From positions 2,168-66,167 of the forward strand of contig JAFUTN010000022.1 in NCBI GenBank assembly GCA_017484225.1: 64,000 bases of DNA, read 5' to 3'. The notes under the pieces are model-generated. The model was not told the origin of the DNA and made no database searches. It worked only from the letters and a program-made list of their open reading frames with translations. Source of the stretch: Alphaproteobacteria bacterium (lineage in GTDB: Bacteria > Pseudomonadota > Alphaproteobacteria > RF32 > CAG-239). Numbering within the stretch: position 1 is the stretch's first letter; the number at the start of each line of letters is the position of its first letter. Shown here piece by piece: positions 42,788-52,768 of the stretch. The translations under genes and the position numbers were made by a program.

Positions 42788-43414
42788 ATGAATTCAAAAT
42801 ACAAGATTTTTTTGCAAGACTTAGATGCAGTAATGCAACGCGACCCTGCTGCACGCAGTAAATTAGAAACAATAATATGTTCTTCCGGCTTGCATGCTAT
42901 TTTGTTCTATCGTTTGGCACACATTTTATGGAAACAAAAATTTTTTCTCTCCGCCCGCATACTATCCCAATTCGCTCGTTTTTTAACCGGAATTGAAATT
43001 CATCCGGCGGCAAAAATCGGTTCCGGTTTTATGATTGATCACGGAATGGGTGTTGTTATCGGTGAAACAACCGAAATCGGCAACAATGTCACATTGTATC
43101 ATGATGTTACACTCGGCGGACGGAAAATGTATGATGAAAACGGCAAAAAATTGGCAAAACGCCATCCGACAATCGGCAATAACGTAACAATCGGTTCGGG
43201 GGCTCAAATTTTAGGACCTATCGTGTTGGGCAACAACGTAAAAATAGGGTCAAATGCCATTGTAATAAAAGATATACCGGCAAACTGCACCGTTGTTAAT
43301 ACTCCGGCATATATTATCAAAAAATCGGATGACAAAGGTAAAACGTTCTGTCCTTACGGTATTGAACAGGAAAACGCACAACCGGCAAAAGCTAAAAAAA
43401 ACAAGACTAAATAA
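42788..43414 (+). CDS. cysE: serine O-acetyltransferase
   Basis: [29 protein letters not shown] and KRHPTIG motifs. Confidence 0.95.
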   Translation: MNSKYKIFLQDLDAVMQRDPAARSKLETIICSSGLHAILFYRLAHILWKQKFFLSARILSQFARFLTGIEIHPAAKIGSGFMIDHGMGVVIGETTEIGNNVTLYHDVTLGGRKMYDENGKKLAKRHPTIGNNVTIGSGAQILGPIVLGNNVKIGSNAIVIKDIPANCTVVNTPAYIIKKSDDKGKTFCPYGIEQENAQPAKAKKNKTK

Positions 43415-44519
43415 CTGTTTTATCCAGATTAATTAACTCATCAATATTTTTGTCTTGTGCAAAATCTTCAACGATTATGTCGTTATCGGTATTGCCGATT
43501 TCGGAATTATCGTCGTGCATAATATCTAAACTGCTTAAGGTATCTGCCAATTCATCATTAAAAATCGTTTCCAGATTTTTTTGCACTTCATCTTTTGTTT
43601 CTTCAGCTATGTAATCTTTAACACCATTCGGTAAAGTTACGGAAGTAAGGTCAACCGGCTCATCCAAGACAACCGGCTCATCCAAGACAACCGGTTCATC
43701 CGAAACAACCGGCTCATCCAAGACAACCGGCTCATCCAAGACAACCGGCTCATCCAATACAACCGGTTCATCCGAAACAACCGGCTCATCCAAGACAACC
43801 GGATCATCCGAAACAGGCTTATCAAATTCAAATGGTTCATTTTGCGTTGTAAAATCTTGCACAAATTCTGTCTGTTCGCCGCTTTTTTCAATATTATCAT
43901 CAGGTGCAACATCATTATCCGTATAGTGATTAAAATAATCTCCTGAACTGAAATCGTCTGCACTTGCATTAGTATAAGGTGTCGGCATTTCATTTACTTT
44001 TTCAAAGTCAGTTTCTTTTTTGTGATGAGGAATCTGCGAAAAAAGCTGAACAGATGTGCTGGAAAACTGTTTGAAATACTCACTGACATCTTTATTGTAT
44101 TTGTTTATTGAAGATTGCAAAGTATTTACTGTTTCCTGCAAACATCCGATACCGAAATTCAGCCCGCCGACATTTTCCTGAACATTTTTCTGCATTTCGT
44201 CTACGGATTTGGCAACCGCAGTTACATTTGAATATAGACTTTCAAGCTTCAGTGCCGTGTTTGCCACTTCTTCCGACTTCATAACCACTGATTTCATCAT
44301 ACTTTTCATTTTTTTATCATCAGACAAATTTTCGGTATAAACACACAGCAAAGCCGAAAAGCCCAATGAAACAATAAAAATCAGCAAAAGAAGCCAATTC
44401 AAAACTCTGAGATTTATTTCTTGGGCATCATTAATCGAAGCAACATACACAAGCAGACCTAAACTAACCGCAACCAATATAACGGCTACAATTCTGGAAA
44501 CAATAACGGCATATTTCAT
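43407..44519 (-). CDS. hypothetical membrane-anchored protein with coiled coil and acidic repeat tail
   Basis: Two N-terminal TM segments; (PVV[L/S]DE)x8. Confidence 0.8.
   Translation of the reverse strand: MKYAVIVSRIVAVILVAVSLGLLVYVASINDAQEINLRVLNWLLLLIFIVSLGFSALLCVYTENLSDDKKMKSMMKSVVMKSEEVANTALKLESLYSNVTAVAKSVDEMQKNVQENVGGLNFGIGCLQETVNTLQSSINKYNKDVSEYFKQFSSTSVQLFSQIPHHKKETDFEKVNEMPTPYTNASADDFSSGDYFNHYTDNDVAPDDNIEKSGEQTEFVQDFTTQNEPFEFDKPVSDDPVVLDEPVVSDEPVVLDEPVVLDEPVVLDEPVVSDEPVVLDEPVVLDEPVDLTSVTLPNGVKDYIAEETKDEVQKNLETIFNDELADTLSSLDIMHDDNSEIGNTDNDIIVEDFAQDKNIDELINLDKTVI
43652..43817. repeat. 18-bp tandem repeat, about 9 copies
   Basis: acaaccggctcatccaag and variants. Confidence 0.95.
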
Positions 44520-44592
44520 AATATCATCCCGACAAAATTCTTGTTACTATCACGTAAGAGGATAATATCAGTTTTTTAAGAAATCAAAGGTT

Positions 44593-46182
44593 TTATGCCA
44601 CTTGTTCACGAGTTTTATGCAAAACAATATGCGGAAAGTCCTCATTTACCTTACCGATATGCCAAGCGTTGCGCGCCAAAAACACCTTTTCACCGTCATA
44701 ATCTTGGGCAATATTCATTTGATTCGTTGTCAAAAACTTTTCCATTTGTGCTTTATCATCCGAACTTATCCAACGCGCCGTATAATATTGAGTCGGCTCA
44801 AAAATAACCTCAATATTAAACTCCGTCCGAATACGGTCGGCCATAACTTCAAATTGCAACGCCCCGACAACTCCGACAATATATTCCGAACCGACAATCG
44901 GGCGAAATACGCTGGCTCCGCCCTCTTCGGCTATTTGCTGCAAAGCATTTGCCAAGTGTTTTGATTTTAAAGGGTCTTTCGGACGAACAGACTTAAGCAG
45001 TTCCGGAGCAAAGCTCGGAATACCGGTATAATGAATTTTTTCGCCTTCCGTCAAGGTATCTCCGATTCTGAGTTGTCCGTGATTCGGAATACCTATAATA
45101 TCGCCGGCATACGCATCTTCCGCCAATTCTCGTTCCTGAGCCAAAAACATTACCGGTGTCGGAACTTTGATTTCTTTGTTTGTTCTTACTTGCAAAAGAC
45201 TCATACCTCGCTTAAAGTGTCCGGAGCAGATTCGCATAAAAGCAATACGGTCACGGTGTTTCGGGTCCATATTTGCCTGAATCTTAAAAATAAATCCGGT
45301 AACTTTATTTTCCGATGGTTCCACCGTTCTTTCGGCACTCGGTTGCGGTTGCGGCTGCGGAGCAAATTTGCACAATCCGCTCAAAACTTCTCTGACGCCG
45401 AAATTGTTAACGGCACTCCCGAAAAACACAGGCGTAAGCGCACCGGCAAGATACAATTCCAAATCAAAAGCAGGACAAAGTTCACGCACCATTTCCACAT
45501 CTTCACGCAGTTTTTTTACCGCATGAGGCGGCAATAAAGCATCCAACTTCGGATCATCAAGTCCTTTACAAGTTTCAATCGTGTCATTTATCTGTGATTT
45601 ATCACCGATTTTGTTCATTAAAATAAGCTGATCATTGATTAAATCATAACAGCCCAAAAAATCCTTTCCGCTGCCAATCGGCCAACTTGCCGGAATAACA
45701 TCAAGTGCTAAAGTTTTTTCAATATCATCAAGCAATTCAAACGGATCTAAACCTTCGCGGTCAAGTTTGTTAATAAAAGTAATAATCGGAATATTACGCA
45801 AGCGGCAAACTTCAAACAATTTTTTGGTTTGTGTTTCAATACCTTTAGCCGAGTCCAAAACCATCACCGCTGAATCAACGGCAGTCAGAACACGATATGT
45901 ATCTTCGGAAAAGTCTTCGTGTCCGGGAGTATCCAAAAGATTAAACGTTATGCCGTCATATTCAAAATTCATTACGGATGAAGCAACTGAAATTCCTCTC
46001 TCCTGCTCAACCTTCATCCAGTCGGAATGAGCTTTACGGTTTTCCCCTCTGGCTTTAACGGCACCGGCCTGCGCAATGGCGCCGCCGAACAATAACAATT
46101 TTTCGGTTAATGTTGTTTTACCGGCATCAGGGTGTGAAATAATCGCAAAAGTTTTGCGTGGATTTATTTTATTTTCAGACAT
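44593..46182 (-). CDS. prfC: peptide chain release factor 3
   Basis: ISHPDAGKTTLTEK, DTPGHEDFSEDTYR and FKIQANMDPKHRDR motifs. Confidence 0.98.
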   Translation of the reverse strand: MSENKINPRKTFAIISHPDAGKTTLTEKLLLFGGAIAQAGAVKARGENRKAHSDWMKVEQERGISVASSVMNFEYDGITFNLLDTPGHEDFSEDTYRVLTAVDSAVMVLDSAKGIETQTKKLFEVCRLRNIPIITFINKLDREGLDPFELLDDIEKTLALDVIPASWPIGSGKDFLGCYDLINDQLILMNKIGDKSQINDTIETCKGLDDPKLDALLPPHAVKKLREDVEMVRELCPAFDLELYLAGALTPVFFGSAVNNFGVREVLSGLCKFAPQPQPQPSAERTVEPSENKVTGFIFKIQANMDPKHRDRIAFMRICSGHFKRGMSLLQVRTNKEIKVPTPVMFLAQERELAEDAYAGDIIGIPNHGQLRIGDTLTEGEKIHYTGIPSFAPELLKSVRPKDPLKSKHLANALQQIAEEGGASVFRPIVGSEYIVGVVGALQFEVMADRIRTEFNIEVIFEPTQYYTARWISSDDKAQMEKFLTTNQMNIAQDYDGEKVFLARNAWHIGKVNEDFPHIVLHKTREQVA

Positions 46183-46326
46183 AGCTTCATTCTTTCGTTA
46201 ACTGGTTTTGAGCCTGTTATAAACAAATTTATCCGATTTGCAAGATTTTTTGTGGCAATATATGTAATTTTGCTTGATTTATCAGAAAAAATGTGATGTA
46301 TTCAGCTAAACGCAAAGAAGCCGCAT

Positions 46327-46411
46327 GCGGGTGTGGTGAAATTGGTAGACACGCCAGACTTAGGATCTGGTGCCGCAAGGTTTAAGAGTTCGAGTCTCTT
46401 CACCCGCACCA
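46327..46411 (+). tRNA. tRNA-Leu(TAG)
   Basis: GCGGGTG/CACCCGC acceptor stem, CCAGA-CT-TAG-GA-TCTGG anticodon arm, long variable arm, encoded CCA. Confidence 0.97.
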
Positions 46412-46460
46412 GTATTGATTTGTCGGCTTTTTTGAATTGTCATAAACTGTTTGATAGAGA

Positions 46461-47831
46461 ATGAATACAATGAAAGTAAAAGAAGAAAAATCTAAAGGTT
46501 TGATTAAAAAATACACCGTTACGATTGAAGCAAAAGATTTTGCTCAAGCCGTAGATAAAAAACTCAGTGAAGTAACTAAAAACATTAAACTTCCGGGATT
46601 TAGAGCAGGTAAAGCACCTAAATCCATGATTGAGCAAAAATATCGTCCGTCCGTTTTGGGAGAAGTTCTTGACGACATGATTAAAGATGCTGCCAATACC
46701 GTTATCGGCGAAAACAAACTGCGCCCTGCCACAACTCCGGATATCAATTTGGAAAAATTTGAAGACGGCAAGGATATTGTTTTCACTTTAGAAACAGAAG
46801 TTTTACCGGAAATCAAACTGGGTGATTTTTCTAAAATCAGTCTCAATAAATACACGGCAAAAGTTCCGACTGAAGAAATTGAAAAAGCTGTTAAATATAT
46901 GGCAGATTCCCGCCGCGACAGCGTAAAAGTTGAAACAAAACGCGCCCTGAAAAAAGGTGATATTGCCGTAATTGACTTCACCGGTTCCATTGACGGAGTT
47001 GAATTTGCCGGCGGTAAAGGTTCGGCTTATCCGTTGGAACTCGGTTCAAACTCTTTTATTCCGGGTTATGAAGACCAGCTTATCGGTCATAAAGCAGGTG
47101 ATACGGTTGATGTTAAAACAACATTCCCTGCTGATTATCACGCTAAAGATTTGGCCGGCAAAGAAGCTGTTTTTGTTACTACTATCAAAGAAATCAGAGA
47201 ATTTAAGGCAACCGAAGTTAATGATGATTTTGCAAAATCTGTCGGTGCTAAAGACGTTGCAGATTTGAAAACTCAAATTGAAGCCAGAATTTTGGAAGAT
47301 TACAATACAACTTCCCGCATTAAATTAAAGCGTGACTTGTTAGATGCTTTGGACAAGGAATACAGCTTTGAAGTTCCGCAAAAATTGATTGATGCCGAAT
47401 ATCAGGCTATTGAAAAGCAGTATCAAGATGCCAAGTCTAAAAATCAGTTAGATGAATCCGAGAAAAAACGTGATGAAAAAGATGTTTTGGCTGAATACAA
47501 AGAAATCGCTTTGCGCCGTGTTAAATTAGGTTTGTTGCTTTCTGAAATCGGCAATGAAGAAAAAATTACTCTCACTGCCGATGATGTTAACAAAGCTATC
47601 ATGAACGAGGCTAAAAGATATCCGGGACAAGAAAAAGCCGTTATGGATTTTTACTTAAAAAACAAGCAAGCTGTTGAAGCAATCAAAGCTCCTGCCTATG
47701 AGGAAAAAATCGTTGACTTTGTTTTAAGCAAAGCAAAATTAACGGAAAAAGATGTTTCGGTTGAAGAATTGTATGATTTCAGCGAGGCTTCCGAAAAAAA
47801 GGCTAAAAAAAGCACTAAAAAAGCAAGCTGA
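46461..47831 (+). CDS. tig: trigger factor
   Basis: LPGFRAGKAP signature; FKBP domain FIPGYEDQLIG. Confidence 0.97.
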   Translation: MNTMKVKEEKSKGLIKKYTVTIEAKDFAQAVDKKLSEVTKNIKLPGFRAGKAPKSMIEQKYRPSVLGEVLDDMIKDAANTVIGENKLRPATTPDINLEKFEDGKDIVFTLETEVLPEIKLGDFSKISLNKYTAKVPTEEIEKAVKYMADSRRDSVKVETKRALKKGDIAVIDFTGSIDGVEFAGGKGSAYPLELGSNSFIPGYEDQLIGHKAGDTVDVKTTFPADYHAKDLAGKEAVFVTTIKEIREFKATEVNDDFAKSVGAKDVADLKTQIEARILEDYNTTSRIKLKRDLLDALDKEYSFEVPQKLIDAEYQAIEKQYQDAKSKNQLDESEKKRDEKDVLAEYKEIALRRVKLGLLLSEIGNEEKITLTADDVNKAIMNEAKRYPGQEKAVMDFYLKNKQAVEAIKAPAYEEKIVDFVLSKAKLTEKDVSVEELYDFSEASEKKAKKSTKKAS

Positions 47832-47851
47832 TAGGCTGTTTCGGAATTAGC

Positions 47852-47892
47852 GCAAAAAATCCTTTGCTCTGCCGGCAGAGGATTTTTTTTTG
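47852..47892 (+). terminator. intrinsic terminator after tig
   Basis: aaaaaatcc...ctctgccggcagaggattttttttt. Confidence 0.65.
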
Positions 47893-47951
47893 AAATAAGT
47901 ATTGTTTTTTGTCAAAAAAAATAGTAAAATACAGACAAAAGGAGTAGCAAG

Positions 47952-48569
47952 ATGATGCAACAAGACAAAATAGAAATCTTTTTAAAAGATATTGAACCAA
48001 TATTAAAAGAGTTTTCTCCGGAAGAACAAGAAAGCTTTAAGCAATATGTACGCAATCCGCAAACAAAAATAGAAAAAGATAAAATTGATTTAACTATAAA
48101 GTCAGTAAACAGTGCCCTTGATTTAGAAAATAAAGTTTATGCCGACGGTGAAGTAACAGAGACAGAAAAATATTATCTGAAAACAACAAGAGAACTTATT
48201 TCCGGACAAATTGCTTCAACCTTAAGAGATGCTGTGCGTAAATATGCTGTAAAAAGCAACAAAACAGAAGAAAAAACCGAACCTAAACAAGGTGTTATGC
48301 ATAAAATCAAATCGTTTTTGCAAAAAATAGGTCTTCCGATGGCTATTGCTGCGATTCCAATGGCTGCCGAAGCACATGATACGTCGCCTGACGGAAACAA
48401 ACCCAAAGTATCATTAAGTGTTGTCAGGGAAAATAATGACATGGTTAAAAACCGTGTGCATAAAGGTATTAAACAGGCCAGAGAGAACAGATTAGAAAGT
48501 CAAACCAAAACTCAACCCCGACAAACTACGATTGATTTTGGTAAAATAGATAAATCTAATACAAAATAA
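47952..48569 (+). CDS. hypothetical protein
   Basis: 205-aa ORF with AGGAG RBS; no recognised motif. Confidence 0.7.
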   Translation: MMQQDKIEIFLKDIEPILKEFSPEEQESFKQYVRNPQTKIEKDKIDLTIKSVNSALDLENKVYADGEVTETEKYYLKTTRELISGQIASTLRDAVRKYAVKSNKTEEKTEPKQGVMHKIKSFLQKIGLPMAIAAIPMAAEAHDTSPDGNKPKVSLSVVRENNDMVKNRVHKGIKQARENRLESQTKTQPRQTTIDFGKIDKSNTK

Positions 48570-48693
48570 AATCAAAAATTTTCAGAGCGGATAATTTTTC
48601 CACTCTTTTTTGTTTTAAACACCTGTCCGAACAGACTTATTGACTTTTCCGGCAACATACCGCAATATGCAAAATGATTTTAAGGAGAAAAAG

Positions 48694-49893
48694 ATGTATA
48701 ATATTCGTAAAGTGACTGAAGATTTGTATTGGATTGGTTCCAGTGACCGCCGTCTGGCTTTGTTTGAAAATGTTTATCCGATTCCGCAAGGAGTTGCTTA
48801 CAACTCTTATGTTTTGACCGATAAAAAAACCGTATTGTTTGACACCGTAGATAGTGCCGTCGCCGCCAGATTCTTTGAAAATTTACGGCAAATTTTGAGT
48901 GGTAAACCGCTTGACTACATGGTTATCAATCACATGGAGCCTGATCATTGTTCCCAAATTGCCAACATCATGAGAGAATATCCGAGTGTAAAAATCGTTT
49001 GCAACACCAAAACCAAACAAATGATTGAACAATTTTTTCCGCAAACATACGCCGAAGACACATTTCTTTTGATAAAAGAAGGAGATACACTTTCAACCGG
49101 AAATCATGAATTAACATTTATCTTTGCCCCGATGGTGCATTGGCCTGAAGTAATGCTGACTTTTGATAAAACAACCGGAACATTGTTTTCCGCTGATGCT
49201 TTCGGCACTTTCGGAGCCTTAAACGGCAATATTTTTGCCGACGAAGTTGATTTTGAAAAAGATTATCTTGATGAAGCCAGACGTTATTATACCAATATTG
49301 TCGGAAAATACGGTCAACAAGTTCAAATGTTACTTAAAAAAGCATCCGCACTGAATATTGAAATGATTTGCCCGCTTCATGGTTTTATCTGGCGACAAAA
49401 CCTGCAATTCATCTTAGAAAAATACAACAAATGGTCGGCCTACGAGCCTGAAGAAAAAGGAGTTGTAATTGCCTACGGTTCAATTTACGGCAACACGGAA
49501 AATGCTGCCGAAATATTGGCATCAAAACTTGCCGAGCAAGGTGTAAAAAACATCAAGATGTATGATGTTTCCGTAACTCACCCGTCTTACATAATTTCCG
49601 AATGTTTCAAATATTCTGACTTAATATTTGCCGCTTCCACATATAATGCCGGAATTTTTGTAAATATGGAAAATCTGCTTCACGACATTATTGCGCACAA
49701 TTTGCAAAACCGAAAAATATTCCTGATTGACAACGGAAGCTGGGCTCCGATTGCCGGCAAGCAAATGCGAGAATTGTTGCAAGGACTTAAAAACTGTAAC
49801 GTTTCAGAAAACACAATTTCAATAAAATCCGCACTGCAAGAAAATCAAATTTCTGCATTAGAACAAATGGCAAAAGAAATTGCTTTACCTTAA
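48694..49893 (+). CDS. fprA: flavodiiron protein (FprA family; MBL + flavodoxin domains)
   Basis: NHMEPDH, PMVHWPE, FSADAFG, CPLHG and YGSIYGNT motifs. Confidence 0.93.
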   Translation: MYNIRKVTEDLYWIGSSDRRLALFENVYPIPQGVAYNSYVLTDKKTVLFDTVDSAVAARFFENLRQILSGKPLDYMVINHMEPDHCSQIANIMREYPSVKIVCNTKTKQMIEQFFPQTYAEDTFLLIKEGDTLSTGNHELTFIFAPMVHWPEVMLTFDKTTGTLFSADAFGTFGALNGNIFADEVDFEKDYLDEARRYYTNIVGKYGQQVQMLLKKASALNIEMICPLHGFIWRQNLQFILEKYNKWSAYEPEEKGVVIAYGSIYGNTENAAEILASKLAEQGVKNIKMYDVSVTHPSYIISECFKYSDLIFAASTYNAGIFVNMENLLHDIIAHNLQNRKIFLIDNGSWAPIAGKQMRELLQGLKNCNVSENTISIKSALQENQISALEQMAKEIALP

Positions 49894-49995
49894 AGCAATT
49901 CTTTTCATTGGCCTGACATAAAACAAGGTTATTTTCTGATGTTTTTTATGGCCACTGTCGGCGTTGCACTGCAATAACCGACAGTGGTTGCGAAT

Positions 49996-51147
49996 TCATT
50001 CAAAAATCCACTCAATCATATTTTCATTATCATCAGATGTAGCCTCATTTGCTTCCTGCAAAGTATAGCGCAATTTCACTACTTCCAGACATTCATCCTG
50101 ATAAATCATATTTTTACTGTTTGGACAAAGAATTGAAGCTATTTCATTATCTTTAGCATAATTATTACAATCAGCAATACTTTGGCATACTTCTTTTTTG
50201 TTAGCCATATCAATCAACAACAAGCATCCTTCCTTAGTTGCACATAACGCACCGCCAGCCATATTTTCTGCCTTTTGGTCCTGATATTGTGCAGCCGCAC
50301 TGATACATTCCTGAGAAACGGAATTTCCGCTTCCGCAAGCTTGATTTTGTAACATATCATCAGGCGAAGCATAGTAATTATCGCCGATTTTATACACACC
50401 GTTTGAGTCTTTGGTATATGTTACCACATTTGAATCAACATAAGAATAACAAGGTGTAGTTTCGGCACAATAAAGTGTGCTTCCGCTATTATTCCTGTCA
50501 AATGGTCCTTTTTCATTATCATCTACATTCGTATGTATAAATGTTTCAATATCCGTAACCGACTCAGAAATAAAAACTTTTGCTAAATTAGTATTATTGA
50601 AAAATGCAGCCCAATCAATACCGGTTACCGAATCCGGAATAATCACTGAAGTTAATTTGGTGTTATGGTCAAAAGCACGATTCCCTATATATTTTACGGT
50701 ATCTCCGATATTTACACTTGTTAGTGATGTATCTTCAAAAGCTTCCGCTCCGATATTTTTAACTCCTTGCACTGAAACCGAAGTATAATCTACTCCCCAA
50801 GGTGTTTTGGTGTGATCATACCAACGCCCGGAATAATCGCGCATTTCTCCGGTTCCGGTAATACTTAAGGCTTTATTTGCCGTGTCTAAACGCGCTGTGC
50901 ATAAATCATTTTCTGTTTTCCCGCAATCCCAACAGTTTTGTTCGCCTGCTTCACAATCTGATTGCGCATGGCTTACTGATATGTTGAGAGATATAAAAAA
51001 AGCCAATATATTCAAAGCACTGAATAATACTTTGAACGTTTCCGCTGCCGTAAACGGCGCACCGACACTGCTTTTACTCAAGCATTGATTCTGTTGTTCT
51101 TTTCTGCTGTTTATTGTCTTATCGCCCGTTTTTGCGTGATGTATCAT
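49996..51147 (-). CDS. BspA-type (LRR_5) leucine-rich repeat exported protein
   Basis: LSITGTGEMRDY, IGDTVKYIGNRAF and IPDSVTGIDWAAF repeats, Cys-rich segment, same C-terminal motif as 36781-37488. Confidence 0.85.
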   Translation of the reverse strand: MIHHAKTGDKTINSRKEQQNQCLSKSSVGAPFTAAETFKVLFSALNILAFFISLNISVSHAQSDCEAGEQNCWDCGKTENDLCTARLDTANKALSITGTGEMRDYSGRWYDHTKTPWGVDYTSVSVQGVKNIGAEAFEDTSLTSVNIGDTVKYIGNRAFDHNTKLTSVIIPDSVTGIDWAAFFNNTNLAKVFISESVTDIETFIHTNVDDNEKGPFDRNNSGSTLYCAETTPCYSYVDSNVVTYTKDSNGVYKIGDNYYASPDDMLQNQACGSGNSVSQECISAAAQYQDQKAENMAGGALCATKEGCLLLIDMANKKEVCQSIADCNNYAKDNEIASILCPNSKNMIYQDECLEVVKLRYTLQEANEATSDDNENMIEWIFE

Positions 51148-51177
51148 ATCAAATTCCTTTCTAAAAAGTTTTCGCTA

Positions 51178-51400
51178 TAAAAAAATCGCCTCGAGAATCA
51201 AAAGGCGATCGGGGAGTTGACAAATCATGTTGACAGTAATGACTATTGTGACCTTTAGCTTAAAAAAATTAAGCTTGAACATACGCCACAATCTCCCCGA
51301 ACATACGCGGGGATTTAAAGATACAAAAAAACAGTATCCGAGGGACACTGATTCATGTACCTCTGTCAACAAAGAGCCTGTCACAGCCCCGAACCTCTCG
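51178..51400 (-). promoter_or_regulatory. structured leader with long-range pairings and a terminator, upstream of LRR gene 2
   Basis: Terminator ATCGCCT-N11-AGGCGAT-T7; complementary pairs tcggggag/ctccccga, gttgacag/ctgtcaac and tgtgac/gtcaca. Confidence 0.6.
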
Positions 51401-51573
51401 GTTCTTCAGATGAAAAACTTTTCATCTGTGTTTAAGGGTATCATAGAGTATTTATTTTGTAAAGGAGAATTAGAAATTGTGCGTTAAAGATGTGATATGG
51501 ATAATTTTAAATACCACCGCACAACCTCATTTTTTCAAGATAGACAACATTTAAGGCATAGCAATAGCTTTGT

Positions 51574-51798
51574 GAAAGTGGTATGCCAACAGATACAATC
51601 GCCGAGCATGAACACATCTCCAAACGAACGATTTATAAATACTTAAACCTCGCTTACCTCTCACCAAAACTCGTCAACCAACTCCTTGATGGAGCTATCA
51701 ATATCCCGCTACAGAAGTTGTTCAAAATGGCTTCTAAGAAACAGGAATTTTTTGCTCAGGATTATCATTTTGAGAAATTAAATCATATGATAAACTAG
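51574..51798 (+). pseudogene. C-terminal fragment of a recombinase-associated phage protein (copy 1)
   Basis: ESGMPTDTIAEHEHISKRTIYKYLNLAYLSPKLVNQLLDG; homologous to 59530-59709. Confidence 0.7.
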
Positions 51799-52570
51799 CC
51801 AAAGATAAATAATGTAAAGCTAAATTTTTATCTAAATCGTGTGCCAACATATGAGCTTTTTCATTACGAAGAAATTGAACCGCAAGATGTAAATAACCAA
51901 CGCCACGAAAAAAATCATATTTTGGACTGTCAATCGAAGCATCTTCTCCAAAGAGTTTTTGATAATATTTCCTGTTTTCAGCATTAAGGTTAAAAACTTC
52001 AGATGCCCTTTCTTTAGTTGTGATTTCTTTTAATTTACATCTAACGATTTTATAAGCTTCCTCTATGGCATGAAAATAGTCTTCATTGTCTAGATATCGT
52101 TTAATATGAGTATATATTTCATCTCTGATTTTAATTTTAAGTTCATTACAATAGGTGGATGTTTGTATTTTATATTCTGCTTTTGAAGTATTTTTATTAT
52201 CCAGTAATTTTGAACCAATTTTTTCTACCTGCTGAATTAAAATTCTTTGTTGATCAAAAAAATTTTTTCCAGCTGTTGTCATCCAAACTGCTTTAACGCC
52301 ACTTGATTGAGATAAATTATCTGCCATCATTTTATTAGCCAATTCTACCAACACTTTTCCAACAGTGGTGTTATCTTCAATATTCCAAAAAGTTCTAAGT
52401 CTATTTGCTTTGGAAGTTCCTTCTTCACAATATTTTTTATCATTAATATTTATTCCAAAAGTAGCAAAAAAATCTGAAAAAGTGTTATCTGAAAAATTTA
52501 AAACGTATCCAGTATGCATATTAAAAGCATTTTCAAGAATTGTTTTATCAGAATAAGATAAATCGCTCAT
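51734..52570 (-). CDS. Abi-like N-terminal domain fused to a TIGR02391/Ymh-type (HEPN-like) domain
   Basis: GYVLNFSDNTF...GTSKANRLRTFW N-terminus; YFHAIEEAYK and FLRNEKAH (RxxxxH) C-terminus. Confidence 0.7.
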   Translation of the reverse strand: MSDLSYSDKTILENAFNMHTGYVLNFSDNTFSDFFATFGININDKKYCEEGTSKANRLRTFWNIEDNTTVGKVLVELANKMMADNLSQSSGVKAVWMTTAGKNFFDQQRILIQQVEKIGSKLLDNKNTSKAEYKIQTSTYCNELKIKIRDEIYTHIKRYLDNEDYFHAIEEAYKIVRCKLKEITTKERASEVFNLNAENRKYYQKLFGEDASIDSPKYDFFRGVGYLHLAVQFLRNEKAHMLAHDLDKNLALHYLSLASLSYDLISQNDNPEQKIPVS

Positions 52571-52587
52571 TGTTTTCCTTTCTCAAG

Positions 52588-52731
52588 TGACTCGTCAAAA
52601 TTCCCTAAAGTATGTAACTGCGGGAAATTTTGCGTTTTTGTTGTTAACTGGAGCTTACCATAGTCACTTTGCAAGAGTCAACCCCTGTAAAAGCCCCGAA
52701 ACACCGCGTATACAAAAAAAGACACCACAAT
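52588..52731 (-). repeat. 144-bp promoter cassette, copy 1
   Basis: Near-identical to 60764-60907; contains TTGACT-N18-TAAGCT on the minus strand. Confidence 0.9.
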
Positions 52732-52768
52732 CAGATATCTTCCTCTATAATAGGCATTTGTTACAAAA

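Noticed and set aside
36781-51147. Diversity-generating retroelement acting on the LRR genes
   Set aside because: No reverse transcriptase in the window, and the shared segment shows no adenine-specific mismatches.
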